Source: Gemmatimonadales bacterium | GTDB taxonomy: Bacteria > Gemmatimonadota > Gemmatimonadetes > Gemmatimonadales > GWC2-71-9 | Length of the DNA: 64,000 nt | Assembly: GCA_035280265.1 (NCBI GenBank) | Contig: DATEGE010000143.1 | Coordinates: 2,307 to 66,306 of the forward strand | Reading direction: 5' to 3' | Part shown: piece by piece, positions 43,476 through 51,814 of the stretch | How the letters are laid out: every line of letters begins with the position of its first letter | How positions within the stretch are numbered: position 1 is the first letter of the stretch | Notes under the pieces: model-generated | Seen by the model: only the letters and a program-made list of their open reading frames with translations | What the model was told of the DNA's origin: nothing | Database searches by the model: none | Translations under genes and position numbers: made by a program

Positions 43476-46427
43476 TCAGTCCGCCAGAACGCTCGCCCGC
43501 TCCACGCGCACCGCGCAGCACTTCAGCTCGGCCATCTTCGCATAAGGATCGAGCACGGGATTCGTGAGCAGGTTCGCCGCCGCTTCCCTGAAGTGGAACG
43601 GCACGAACACTTGCCCGCGAGCGACGCGCTCGGAAATGCGACAGGAGCTGACCATCGAGTTGCGGCGCGACGTGAGCCGCACGGCGTCGCCATCCTGCAC
43701 GCCCAGGGCGCGAGCATCATCGGGATGGATCTCGACGATCGGTGTGGGCTCCCGCTGATCCAAGCCGGCGGCGCGCCGGGTCATCGTCCCGGTGTGCCAG
43801 TGGTACAATTGGCGGCCCGTGTTCATGACGAACGGGTACTGCTCGTCCGGGAGCTCGACCGGCGGCGCGTACTCCACCGCCACGAACGCCCCACGTCCGT
43901 CCGCCGTGGGGAACGGGTCATCGAACAGGAAGGCACGTCCAGGGGAGTCCGCGGTCGGCACCGGGTACTGCAGCCCCGCGCCCTCCAGCCTCTCGTACGT
44001 GACCCCGTGCCAGGAGGGCGTCACAGCGGTGATCTCCCGCATCACGTCCCGCGCCGCCGTGAACGGTGTCTGCAAGCCGAGGCGCGTGGACAGCTCGATG
44101 AGGATCTCCAGGTCGCCGCGCGCCTCGCCCGGCGGTGCGACGGCGGCGTGGGAGAGCTGGATGCGGCGCTCCGTGTTGACGAACGTACCCGACTTCTCCG
44201 CGAAGCTCGCGCCCGGGAGCACGACGTCGGCATAGCGGGCGGTTTCGGTGAGGAACAGGTCCTGCACCGCAAGGAACTCGAGCTCCTGGAACCAGTGCTC
44301 CGCGTGCGCGATGTCGGGGTCCGAGATGATGGGGTTTTCACCCATGATGTACATCCCGCGGACGCCACTCTCCTCCTTCACGATCTCGGTCACCATCAGC
44401 CCCGCCTTCAGGGAGAGCGACTCGGCCGGCACGCCCCACGCCTGGGCGTACTCCGCCCGGATGTGCGGGTCTGTGACGGACCGATAGTCGGTGTACACGA
44501 AGGGAATCGCGCCCACGTCCGACGCCCCCTGGACGTTGTTCTGGCCACGCACCGGCATCATGGCGGCGCCCCAGCGGCCGATCATGCCGCAGGCGAGCAT
44601 GAGATTCAGGAGGGAGGTGACGAGATCGGTGCCGTTCGCGTGCTGCGTCAGCCCCATGGCCCAGAGCGTGCTCGTATTCGGCCCGCGCGCGTAGATCTCC
44701 GCCGCCTCGCGGATCCGCTCGGCGGGCACGCCGGTGATCTTGGCGGCCACGTCGGGCGTCATGGCCCGGACCGACTCTCGCACGGCGTCGAAGTCGCGCA
44801 TACGGTCGGCGATAAAGCGGCGATGCTCGAGCCCCTGGTCGATGATGTGGTGCAGCATCGCGTTGAACAGCGCGACGTCGGTGCCGGGCTGCATCTGCAG
44901 GTGAACGTCCGCCCGGGCGGCGAGCTCAGTCTTGCGCGGATCGGCCACGATCAGGGTGGCGCCCCGCGCGTGGGCGCGCTTGATCGCCGCCCCGAACACG
45001 GGGTGGGATTCAGTGGTGTTGGCGCCCGCGATGAAGATGACGTCCGCCGCGTGCTCCACCTCGCGCATCGAGCCCGACGCCGCGGACGTATTGAGCGCCC
45101 GTTGCATCGCCGCCACCGACGTGGAGTGGCACAGTCGGGTGCAGTGGTCGATGTTGTTGGTGCCGAGGGCCGCGCGGAACATCCGCATCATGAGGTAGTT
45201 CTCCTCGTTGGAGCATTTCGCCGAGGAGAAGCAGGCCAGCGAGTCGGGTCCCCGCTCGCGCTTGAGGCGCAGCAGCTCCTGCGCCGTGAGCTCCATCGCC
45301 TCTTCCCACGTGGCCTCGCGGAACGGCTCGTACCACGAAGGTGGCGTGGCCACGCGATCGCGAATGTCCAGGTCCAGCCGCTCGAGCAGCGGCAGGTCTC
45401 GCACCGCTTTCCCCACCGAGCGTGGCGGAGCGGCCGGCTTCGGCTTCTGGCCCTCGCCCTCGATCGTCTGCCACGGCCCACCGCGGCGGTTCTGCCCCGT
45501 TCGGCCGCGCCACACCCAACGGCCCCGCTCCTTCTCCCACCCCTTGCGGATGAGCGGCTTGGTGAGGCGATCGTGATGCTGCGGAAAGTCGTACCCGAAC
45601 CGGCCTTTGACGCACGTGGAACCCTGGTTCGGCGTGTCGAGCTCGATGTCGGGAGAGGTGACGCGCACGACACTGTTGTTCGCGACGTGCAGATCGACCT
45701 GGCACCCGACGCCGCAATAGGGGCACACCGAACGCACGGTTTTCGTCGGGTGGCGGATCTGCTCGGGCGCGAACCGCTGCCGTGGCATCACCTCGAAGAT
45801 CGCGCCAGTCGGACACACACGCACGCACTCGCCGCACCAGGTGCATCCCGCCTTGTCGGCGTCGCCGTCCGCCCCGACTATGATCTCGGCGTGCTCGCCG
45901 CGCTGCGCGACGTCGAGCACGCCGACCACCTGGATGTCTTCGCACGCCCGTACGCAACGGGTGCACAGGATGCAGGTGCTCATGTCGTGCCGGATCATCG
46001 AGTCGCCCGGACGCTCGTCGCCGTGGCGGAGCGGCAGATCGCGCTGCTCGAGCGGCGCCGGCACCACTTCGTAGCGGACCACGTACCGCTCGAACTCGTT
46101 GCGGGGCTGGGCTCGACCGCCGTTCAGCAGATGATCGCCCGGGTAGCGCTCGAGCAGCAGCCGCAGCACCCCTTTGCGATTCTCGACCGCCGAGCGCGAC
46201 TCGGTGTGCACCACCATCCCGTCCGCCACCTTGGTGGCGCACGCCGGAAGCAGCTTGGCCTGTCCCTCGACCGACACCAGGCAGATTCGGCAGTTGCCGA
46301 CGATCGGCAGCTTGGGATACCAGCACAGAGTCGGGATGTCGGTGATTCCCGCCGCCCGGGCGGCGTCGAGGATCGTTTGGTTGGGGTCGGCGGTGACGGT
46401 GCGGCCGTTGACGGTGAGAGTCACCAT
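43476..46427 (-). CDS. YrhE/FdhA-like molybdopterin oxidoreductase (formate dehydrogenase alpha-like, with N-terminal 2Fe-2S and 4Fe-4S domains)
   Basis: MVTLTVNGRTV...CRICLV (2Fe-2S), CILCTRCVRAC and CTWCGECVRVCP (4Fe-4S), CPYCGVGC (Mo-bisPGD 4Fe-4S), TRLCHSTSV (Cys Mo-ligand position). Confidence 0.88.
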   Translation of the reverse strand: MVTLTVNGRTVTADPNQTILDAARAAGITDIPTLCWYPKLPIVGNCRICLVSVEGQAKLLPACATKVADGMVVHTESRSAVENRKGVLRLLLERYPGDHLLNGGRAQPRNEFERYVVRYEVVPAPLEQRDLPLRHGDERPGDSMIRHDMSTCILCTRCVRACEDIQVVGVLDVAQRGEHAEIIVGADGDADKAGCTWCGECVRVCPTGAIFEVMPRQRFAPEQIRHPTKTVRSVCPYCGVGCQVDLHVANNSVVRVTSPDIELDTPNQGSTCVKGRFGYDFPQHHDRLTKPLIRKGWEKERGRWVWRGRTGQNRRGGPWQTIEGEGQKPKPAAPPRSVGKAVRDLPLLERLDLDIRDRVATPPSWYEPFREATWEEAMELTAQELLRLKRERGPDSLACFSSAKCSNEENYLMMRMFRAALGTNNIDHCTRLCHSTSVAAMQRALNTSAASGSMREVEHAADVIFIAGANTTESHPVFGAAIKRAHARGATLIVADPRKTELAARADVHLQMQPGTDVALFNAMLHHIIDQGLEHRRFIADRMRDFDAVRESVRAMTPDVAAKITGVPAERIREAAEIYARGPNTSTLWAMGLTQHANGTDLVTSLLNLMLACGMIGRWGAAMMPVRGQNNVQGASDVGAIPFVYTDYRSVTDPHIRAEYAQAWGVPAESLSLKAGLMVTEIVKEESGVRGMYIMGENPIISDPDIAHAEHWFQELEFLAVQDLFLTETARYADVVLPGASFAEKSGTFVNTERRIQLSHAAVAPPGEARGDLEILIELSTRLGLQTPFTAARDVMREITAVTPSWHGVTYERLEGAGLQYPVPTADSPGRAFLFDDPFPTADGRGAFVAVEYAPPVELPDEQYPFVMNTGRQLYHWHTGTMTRRAAGLDQREPTPIVEIHPDDARALGVQDGDAVRLTSRRNSMVSSCRISERVARGQVFVPFHFREAAANLLTNPVLDPYAKMAELKCCAVRVERASVLAD

Positions 46428-46520
46428 GATTGGTGAAGGTATGAGCGACGAGGAGGGACGGCAACGGCCGGGTCAGCTAACTGCCTGATCCGGCAGTGAG
46501 ATACGCCGGGGGGGGAACGC

Positions 46521-46544
46521 AAAAGGCCGGCTCAGGGCCGGCCC
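46521..46544 (-). terminator. rho-independent terminator after the small ORF
   Basis: Minus-strand RNA G-GGCCGGC-CCUGA-GCCGGCC-UUUU, starting about 10 nt after the stop at 46554. Confidence 0.7.
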
Positions 46545-46553
46545 GCATTTCAG

Positions 46554-46721
46554 TCAGTCGACGTGCTCGGGGAGGTGGCGGTGGGTGTGGTCCCCGTTGC
46601 CCTCGGCCTCATCCGTGAACCAGCAGTACGCCCAGATCTTCGCGGGACGCAGCATTTGCCGGCCCACGCGCATGATGATTCCGATCGGCTCGTCCTCAAG
46701 AACTAGGGGAAGGCTGGTCAT
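46554..46721 (-). CDS. small hypothetical protein (55 aa)
   Basis: MTSLPLVLEDEPIGIIMRVGRQMLRPAKIWAYCWFTDEAEGNGDHTHRHLPEHVD. AAGGGG SD-like sequence about 9 nt upstream of ATG 46721 and its own terminator. No family recognised. Confidence 0.4.
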   Translation of the reverse strand: MTSLPLVLEDEPIGIIMRVGRQMLRPAKIWAYCWFTDEAEGNGDHTHRHLPEHVD

Positions 46722-46734
46722 TCGGAAAGACCCC

Positions 46735-46847
46735 TTGTTGTCCGTTGTCCCGTCGTCCGTTATCCGCTTGCCCCATGGCAACCCTTCTGCCGCGGAGGCC
46801 TACATGCTTACGTATTGACGGACAACGGATTACGGATGACGATCGGC
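46735..46847. repeat. inverted arrays of heptamer words (TYGTCCG / CGGAYNA)
   Basis: TTGTTGTCCGTTGTCCCGTCGTCCGTTATCCG (46735..46766) and GACGGACAACGGATTACGGATGACGATCGG (46817..46847). Imperfect complementarity. Confidence 0.65.
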
Positions 46848-46867
46848 GTGGGGGGAGCGGCGAGTGG

Positions 46868-47719
46868 TCAGTCCGACACGTTCACGGCCGTGTCGTGCTG
46901 ACGCTCCGGCTTGGTGGCGGTGAACCCGGCGCTGGCTTTGGAGCGCCGTCGACGGGTGATCTCCCAGCCGTCGTAGTGCGCCTGCAGCGCCTCGGGAGCG
47001 AGCGGGATCACCTCGTTGGCGGAGGGACTCGGTAGCACGACGTGCACGCCGCCGGGCCGGGTGCGCGCCTTTAGCTGCACAAGTAGCGAGTGGCGATCTC
47101 GCGCCCGGGACGACGCGAGGGCGGCGGGGTCGATCACGACCACGCTGGGCGCGACGTCGGGGAACCAGCCACCGAACGTGACCACGAGCGCCTGGAATCG
47201 TCCCGCGAGCTGCTCCGTGACTGCCCGGCTCTCAGCTCCCTCCACCACGGCGAGGTCGTGATCGAGGAAGAAGACCTCCGCCTCGTGCGCCGCGATGAAC
47301 AGGGCGGCGGGGAGCGCGGCGGCGCCCACCACTACGGCGAGGTCGCCCGGCTCGAGGCGCCGTACCCCCGTCACGAGGGCGCCGTCCGCGTCGAGGCCCC
47401 AATGCGTGGGCGCCCGCTGCGCCGCTCGCAGCGTGCGGTGCTTCTGACGCCAGCGCGGAAACGACGGGAGCCGCAGCCGTTTGGCGATCAGACGATCGAC
47501 GTGCTCGAGCAGCAGCACTTCGGTGAGCAGATACTGTCCCGCCGCACTCGTCTCGAGCTCGCGCACCGCCTCGTCGCCGATCTCCAGCAGCTCCTCGCGG
47601 CCCAGCGTGTTCTTGTACTCCTCGATGCGCTGCAGCAGGAATTCCTGGTACTCCTGCTTGAGCGAGCGGGGCGGCCGCCGCGTGGTCCGCGAGCGCTGTT
47701 CCCCGGAGAGGCTCAGCAT
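46868..47719 (-). CDS. hypothetical protein with degenerate methyltransferase-like Rossmann segment
   Basis: 283-aa ORF. The ATG overlaps the CDF gene stop region. ...GDLAVVVGAAALPAALFIAAHEAEVFFLDHD... resembles SAM-MTase motif I without a clear GxGxG. Confidence 0.45.
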   Translation of the reverse strand: MLSLSGEQRSRTTRRPPRSLKQEYQEFLLQRIEEYKNTLGREELLEIGDEAVRELETSAAGQYLLTEVLLLEHVDRLIAKRLRLPSFPRWRQKHRTLRAAQRAPTHWGLDADGALVTGVRRLEPGDLAVVVGAAALPAALFIAAHEAEVFFLDHDLAVVEGAESRAVTEQLAGRFQALVVTFGGWFPDVAPSVVVIDPAALASSRARDRHSLLVQLKARTRPGGVHVVLPSPSANEVIPLAPEALQAHYDGWEITRRRRSKASAGFTATKPERQHDTAVNVSD

Positions 47720-48579
47720 GGCTCGACGTGTACCGTGACTTCGTGAAGTTGGAGGGTGTGCTTCAGGCGCTCCTCCACCTCGTCGGCGATCGCGTGCGCC
47801 GATTCCACGTCAGCGTGGCGGTCCACGGCGATCGTGACTTCGGCGTAGCGCAAGTCGGACGGCCCACGGGAGCGGATACCGTAGGCGCTTTTCACGCCGG
47901 GCACGGCCTGGGCGGTTTCCTGAATGTCGCGGGTGGGGAGGGCACGCTGGTCGACGAGCACTGGCACGGTGCGGGCGAGGATGCGGTAGGCGACCAGCAC
48001 GATGGCGAACGCCACAACGATCGCGATCGCCGAGTCGACCCACCACCATCCCTGCCGCGTGAGCAACACGCCCGCCAGCACGCCGACGGTGATCACGACG
48101 TCGGCGCGCGTATGCGCCGCGTCGGCGACGAGCAGCTCGCTACCGAGCTCGAGGCCGCGCCGGTGCTCGTACCAGGTGATGAAGACGTTCAGCCCGAGCG
48201 TGACGACCAGGATCGCGAGCTGGAGGTCGCTGATATCGATCCGATGCGTGCCACTCACGAGATGGTTGACCGCTCCCCGAATCAGCTCGAAACACGTGAT
48301 TGACAGAAACCCGACGATCGCCAGCGCGCCCAGCGTCTCGAACTTCCCGTGACCGTACGGGTGCTCTTCGTCCGGCTCCTTCGCCGCGACGCCCACCACG
48401 ATGAGCGCCAGCACGTTGCTCAGCGCGTCCGCACAGGAATCCACCGCGCTCCCGACGATTGCGAGCGAGTCCGAAGCTATCCCCACCGCCAGCTTGGCCC
48501 CCACCACCGCCAGATTCGCGACGAGCAGGGCGACGAACACACGCCGAATGCGTGTGGGGTCGGGCGCGGATGTCGGCAT
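47713..48579 (-). CDS. cation diffusion facilitator family transporter
   Basis: Six TM segments, SDSLAIVGSAVDSCADAL (TM2 metal site), HTRADV, and a C-terminal cytoplasmic domain. Confidence 0.88.
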   Translation of the reverse strand: MPTSAPDPTRIRRVFVALLVANLAVVGAKLAVGIASDSLAIVGSAVDSCADALSNVLALIVVGVAAKEPDEEHPYGHGKFETLGALAIVGFLSITCFELIRGAVNHLVSGTHRIDISDLQLAILVVTLGLNVFITWYEHRRGLELGSELLVADAAHTRADVVITVGVLAGVLLTRQGWWWVDSAIAIVVAFAIVLVAYRILARTVPVLVDQRALPTRDIQETAQAVPGVKSAYGIRSRGPSDLRYAEVTIAVDRHADVESAHAIADEVEERLKHTLQLHEVTVHVEPC

Positions 48580-48612
48580 GAGCAGGACTGCAAGGTTGTA
48601 ACGGGTTGCGCT

Positions 48613-49788
48613 TTAGTCAACGGTCCGTAGCAGCACTCCCTTCAGGTAAATGGTCTCGGGCACGTTGATGAGCTCCGGGTGATCGTGGGCCGCGCCCGTC
48701 ACGGCGAGCAGCTGGAGGCGGCGGCCGGCATCGCGGGCCGCGGCGGTCAGCATGTCGAGAAAGACGGCTCGGCTTACGTGGTAGGAGCAGGAGCTCGTGA
48801 ACAGCAGACCCCCAGGGCCGAGGATGCGCATGGCGCGGAGATTGATCTCTTTGTAGCCCGCGAGTGCGCGCGGCAACGCTACCTTCGATTTCGCGAATGC
48901 CGGCGGATCGAGCACGATGGTCTCGAAGGTCTCGTCGCGTCGCTCCAGTTCGCGCAATAGATCGAACGCGTTCGCCTCGCGCCAGGTGATGTTGGTGAGA
49001 CCGTTCAGCCCCGCGTTGTCGCGGCCCCGCGCCAGCGCATCGCCGCTCGAGTCCACAGCCACGACCTCGGCGGCGCGACGCGCCAGGTGCAGCGCGAACG
49101 ACCCATGGTAGGTGAACAGGTCCAAGGCGCGTCCCGGACCGGCGTGCGCGGCCACGAGCACGCGATTCTCCCGCTGGTCGAGGAAGGCGCCCGTCTTCTG
49201 GCCGGTATGCGGAGCGGCGTGGTAGCGGACGCCTGCTTCTTCGACGAGCACGGTTTCAGGCACCGTGCCGCGCGCGGCGACGATCTCGAGCGCCAGTCCT
49301 TCATGCCGGCGCACCGCCGAGTCGTTGCGCAGCAGGATGCTCTCCGGGGCAAGCGCGTCGGCGATGCCGTCGAGCACGTCCCGAGATACCGCGTCCAGGC
49401 CCGCGGAGAGCAGCTGCGCCACGACGTAGGGCCCGTACCGGTCCACGACGAGCGACGGCAGCCCGTCTCCCTCCGCGTGGACGACGCGGTACGCCGTCGC
49501 CGCCACCCCCGCGCGGCGCGCCGCCGCCGCGGCGATCCGCTGCACCCACCAGCGCGCGTCGATCGGCTCACGCCCCCGCGTGAGCAGACGTAGTCGAATC
49601 TCGGATTTAGGGGAGTACAGCGCCTGGCCCAGATGCCGCCCCCGTCGGTCGGTGGTGGTGACGATGCCGGGCGCGTCGCGTGGCTCGTCGTAGACGTCGG
49701 TGCGATAGATCCAGGGATGCCCCGCCTGCCACCGCGCGGCCCCCTTCGCGGACACGACGACGGGTCGGAGGGCAGCCGTCGTCGTCAC
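48613..49788 (-). CDS. class I SAM-dependent rRNA (cytosine-C5) methyltransferase, RlmI-like (PUA + MTase)
   Basis: GTG 49788 (GTGA overlap with aroH). ...AARWQAGHPWIYRTDV..., FLDQRENR, LDLFTYHGSFAL, VLDPPAF. Confidence 0.8.
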   Translation of the reverse strand: MTTTAALRPVVVSAKGAARWQAGHPWIYRTDVYDEPRDAPGIVTTTDRRGRHLGQALYSPKSEIRLRLLTRGREPIDARWWVQRIAAAAARRAGVAATAYRVVHAEGDGLPSLVVDRYGPYVVAQLLSAGLDAVSRDVLDGIADALAPESILLRNDSAVRRHEGLALEIVAARGTVPETVLVEEAGVRYHAAPHTGQKTGAFLDQRENRVLVAAHAGPGRALDLFTYHGSFALHLARRAAEVVAVDSSGDALARGRDNAGLNGLTNITWREANAFDLLRELERRDETFETIVLDPPAFAKSKVALPRALAGYKEINLRAMRILGPGGLLFTSSCSYHVSRAVFLDMLTAAARDAGRRLQLLAVTGAAHDHPELINVPETIYLKGVLLRTVD

Positions 49789-50186
49789 GGTCCGACTGTC
49801 CGACCGTCCGACCGTGTGTCTCGATCCGGGCGCAGCTTGGCCGCGTCCCGCAGGTACATATGTTTCAGCTCGCGCTGCGGCTTGGGTGTATAGAAGTGCA
49901 GCAGCACGCGGATGCAGCGGGGCAGTCCATCGGGGACGGCGACCTCGGCGGCGCCGAGCAGCGGCACGTCGCGCCAGCCGAGCAGGCGCGCGGCGCGCGC
50001 GGGATACTCGGCGGTCAGGTCGGGCGACGATGTGAAGATCGCGCTCTCGACGTCTTCGGGGCGAAAGCCATTGGCCTCCTGCAGCGCGCGCAACAGCTCC
50101 GCCGTGGCGTCGAGAATCGCCTCGCCAGTGTTGGTCGCCGCGGTCGTGGCGCCCCGCAGTCCACGCAAGGTCTTGCTCATGGGCAT
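49785..50186 (-). CDS. aroH: chorismate mutase, AroH class
   Basis: LRGLRGATTAATNTGEAILDATAELL...FTSSPDLTAEYPA...CIRVLLHF...YLRDAAKLRPD parallels B. subtilis AroH as I recall it. Confidence 0.85.
   Translation of the reverse strand: MPMSKTLRGLRGATTAATNTGEAILDATAELLRALQEANGFRPEDVESAIFTSSPDLTAEYPARAARLLGWRDVPLLGAAEVAVPDGLPRCIRVLLHFYTPKPQRELKHMYLRDAAKLRPDRDTRSDGRTVGP
49790..49813. repeat. three tandem GTCCGACN octamers forming the 3' end of aroH
   Basis: GTCCGACT GTCCGACC GTCCGACC. On the coding strand it encodes the tail ...DTRSDGRTVGP-stop. Confidence 0.9.
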
Positions 50187-50802
50187 CGCCTCTCAGGTGC
50201 GCTTGATGGTGATCACGGATGCCGCACTCCTCAAGGGGCGGGATTTGGTAGACGCCTGCCGTCGGGCGGTGGCCGCCGGCGCCACGATGGTTCAGGTCCG
50301 GGACAAAGCGGCGCCGGCGCGCGAGCTGCTGGCGCTCGCGCGCGCGCTCGTGGGCGCCCTGCGCGTTCCCGTGATCGTCAACGATCGCGTCGACATTGCG
50401 CTCGCCGCCGGCGCGGCCGGTGCTCACCTCGGCCACGACGACCCACCGCTCGACCGGCTCCGGTCCCACGTGCCGCCGGGCTTCGTGCTGGGGCTGTCGG
50501 TCGGGACCCCGGCCGAGGCGGAGCGCGGCGGCCTGTGGCAGGCGGACTACTGGAGCGTGGGTCCCTGCTTCGCCACAGCCCATAAGCCGGACGCGGGCGC
50601 GCCGCTCGGCGCCGCGGGTTTCGCGCGCATCGCCCGGCTCGCGCCACCCGGGACACCCGTCATCGGGATCGGCGGCATCAGCCCCGAGAACGCGGGCGAG
50701 ATCATTCGCGCCGGCGCCGCCGGCGTCGCTGTGATCGGCGCGGTGTGGGAGGTCAGCGACCCGGCGGCCGCGACGCGCGCGCTGCGCGCCGCAATTGCTT
50801 GA
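50179..50802 (+). CDS. thiE: thiamine-phosphate synthase
   Basis: LMVITD..., VQVRDK, VIVNDRVDIA, GLSVGT, IGIGGI. Start uncertain: ATG 50179 overlaps the divergent aroH start. Alternatives are GTG 50197 and ATG 50206. Confidence 0.85.
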   Translation: MGIASQVRLMVITDAALLKGRDLVDACRRAVAAGATMVQVRDKAAPARELLALARALVGALRVPVIVNDRVDIALAAGAAGAHLGHDDPPLDRLRSHVPPGFVLGLSVGTPAEAERGGLWQADYWSVGPCFATAHKPDAGAPLGAAGFARIARLAPPGTPVIGIGGISPENAGEIIRAGAAGVAVIGAVWEVSDPAAATRALRAAIA

Positions 50803-51814
50803 CCCGCGTGATCGCCGCCTCGTGCTCGGCGAAGGTCGCGGAAAAAATGTGCTTGCCGTCCGGCTGTGCCACGAAGTAGAGAAACGGCACGTCCGCCGGG
50901 TACAGCGCCGCCGCCAGGCTCGCGCGCCCCGGCTGACTGATGGGGCCGGGGGGGAGCCCCGCGTGCAGGTAGGTGTTGTAAGCAGACCGCACGGCGAGGT
51001 TCCTTTCCCACACGCGCTTCAGCCGCCGGCCGTATGCATAACTGACGGTCGGGTCCGCCTCGAGTCGCATCCCCCGCTTCAGCCGGTTGCGATACACCGC
51101 CGCGATGAACGGCCGGTCGGGGTCATAGCGGACCTCGGCCTCGACGATCGACGCGAGCGTGACCAGTTGATGCCGGGACAGCCCCAGGGTGTCGAGCCGC
51201 CCCTGCCACTCGGGGCCCCACTGTTGCGTGAACTGGTGCGTCATCACCCGCACGAGCTCGCGCACCCCGATGTGCAGCGGCAGCAGGTAGGTGGTAGGAA
51301 ACAGGTAGCCTTCTGCGTTCGGCGTGCCGTTCGGCACGCTCAGCCCGGCGAGCAGCTCGGGGTCTTCCGCCGCGGCGACGAACGAATCGCGCGGAATGCC
51401 CAAGTGCGCCTCGGCGAGCTCCGCTACTTCGACGAGTCGCAGCCCCTCGCGCACGGTGAAGCGTTGCTCGACGCCGCGACCACGCTCGAGGGCGGCGACG
51501 ACGTCGGACCACGACTCGTCCTGGCGCAGCAGATAGACGCCGCTCTTCAACGAGCCCCCGAGCCCGCGCAACGTGGCGTACAAGCGGAACATGCCAGGAT
51601 GTCCGATCACGTGGTTCGCCGTGAGGGAATCGACGGCGGCATCGAGCGACGCGCCTGGCGGGATAGTCACGGTGACCCGGGGACCATCGGAAGCGCCGCA
51701 AGCTGCCGTCGCGCAGACTAGCAGAACTCGGAACGTGGAACGCGCAACGCGGAACTGAGCATGCAAGGTCGCCGGCCTGTTCCGCGTTCCGCGTTCCGAC
51801 TTCCGCGTTTTCAT
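50753..51814 (-). CDS. mltG: endolytic murein transglycosylase MltG (YceG family)
   Basis: N-terminal basic tail plus hydrophobic anchor, ...LASIVEAEV..., YNTYLHAGLPPGPISQPG. ATGA overlap with the ruvX stop. Confidence 0.88.
   Translation of the reverse strand: MKTRKSERGTRNRPATLHAQFRVARSTFRVLLVCATAACGASDGPRVTVTIPPGASLDAAVDSLTANHVIGHPGMFRLYATLRGLGGSLKSGVYLLRQDESWSDVVAALERGRGVEQRFTVREGLRLVEVAELAEAHLGIPRDSFVAAAEDPELLAGLSVPNGTPNAEGYLFPTTYLLPLHIGVRELVRVMTHQFTQQWGPEWQGRLDTLGLSRHQLVTLASIVEAEVRYDPDRPFIAAVYRNRLKRGMRLEADPTVSYAYGRRLKRVWERNLAVRSAYNTYLHAGLPPGPISQPGRASLAAALYPADVPFLYFVAQPDGKHIFSATFAEHEAAITRVKQLRRAARASRPPGR
51728..51807. repeat. hairpin of GGAACGC / GTTCCGC heptamer arrays inside the 5' end of mltG
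   Basis: TCGGAACGTGGAACGCGCAACGCGGAAC (51728..51755), 23-nt loop, GTTCCGCGTTCCGCGTTCCGACTTCCGCG (51779..51807). 22 of 28 positions are complementary. Confidence 0.85.

Noticed and set aside
45129-45131. Whether the FdhA-like molybdoenzyme is itself a selenoprotein, which would support Sec usage in this organism.
   Set aside because: The Mo-ligand position reads ...DHCTRLCHSTSV... with an ordinary Cys codon, and there is no in-frame TGA. It gives no evidence for or against Sec machinery.
43326-46436. Very long antisense ORFs in the track (for example 43326..46436 + at 1036 aa, 3856..5085 +, 20810..22222 +, 25968..27353 -, 16485..18389 +).
   Set aside because: Each lies opposite a gene with clear family motifs. 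Their translations are Arg/Ala/Gly/Pro-rich low-complexity strings, typical of stop-poor antisense frames in very GC-rich DNA.
50178-50186. Divergent aroH and thiE start codons overlapping on a CATG palindrome. The same pattern occurs at 1005..1008 for the patatin alternative start versus the permease.
   Set aside because: This is most likely an artefact of choosing the longest ORF. Downstream starts (thiE GTG 50197 / ATG 50206; patatin TTG 935) give normal N-termini and leave room for promoters.
50753-50802. 50-nt convergent overlap of the thiE and mltG 3' ends.
   Set aside because: Both C-termini look like natural extensions, and convergent overlaps are common in compact GC-rich genomes. 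No extra feature such as a hairpin or repeat was seen in the overlap.
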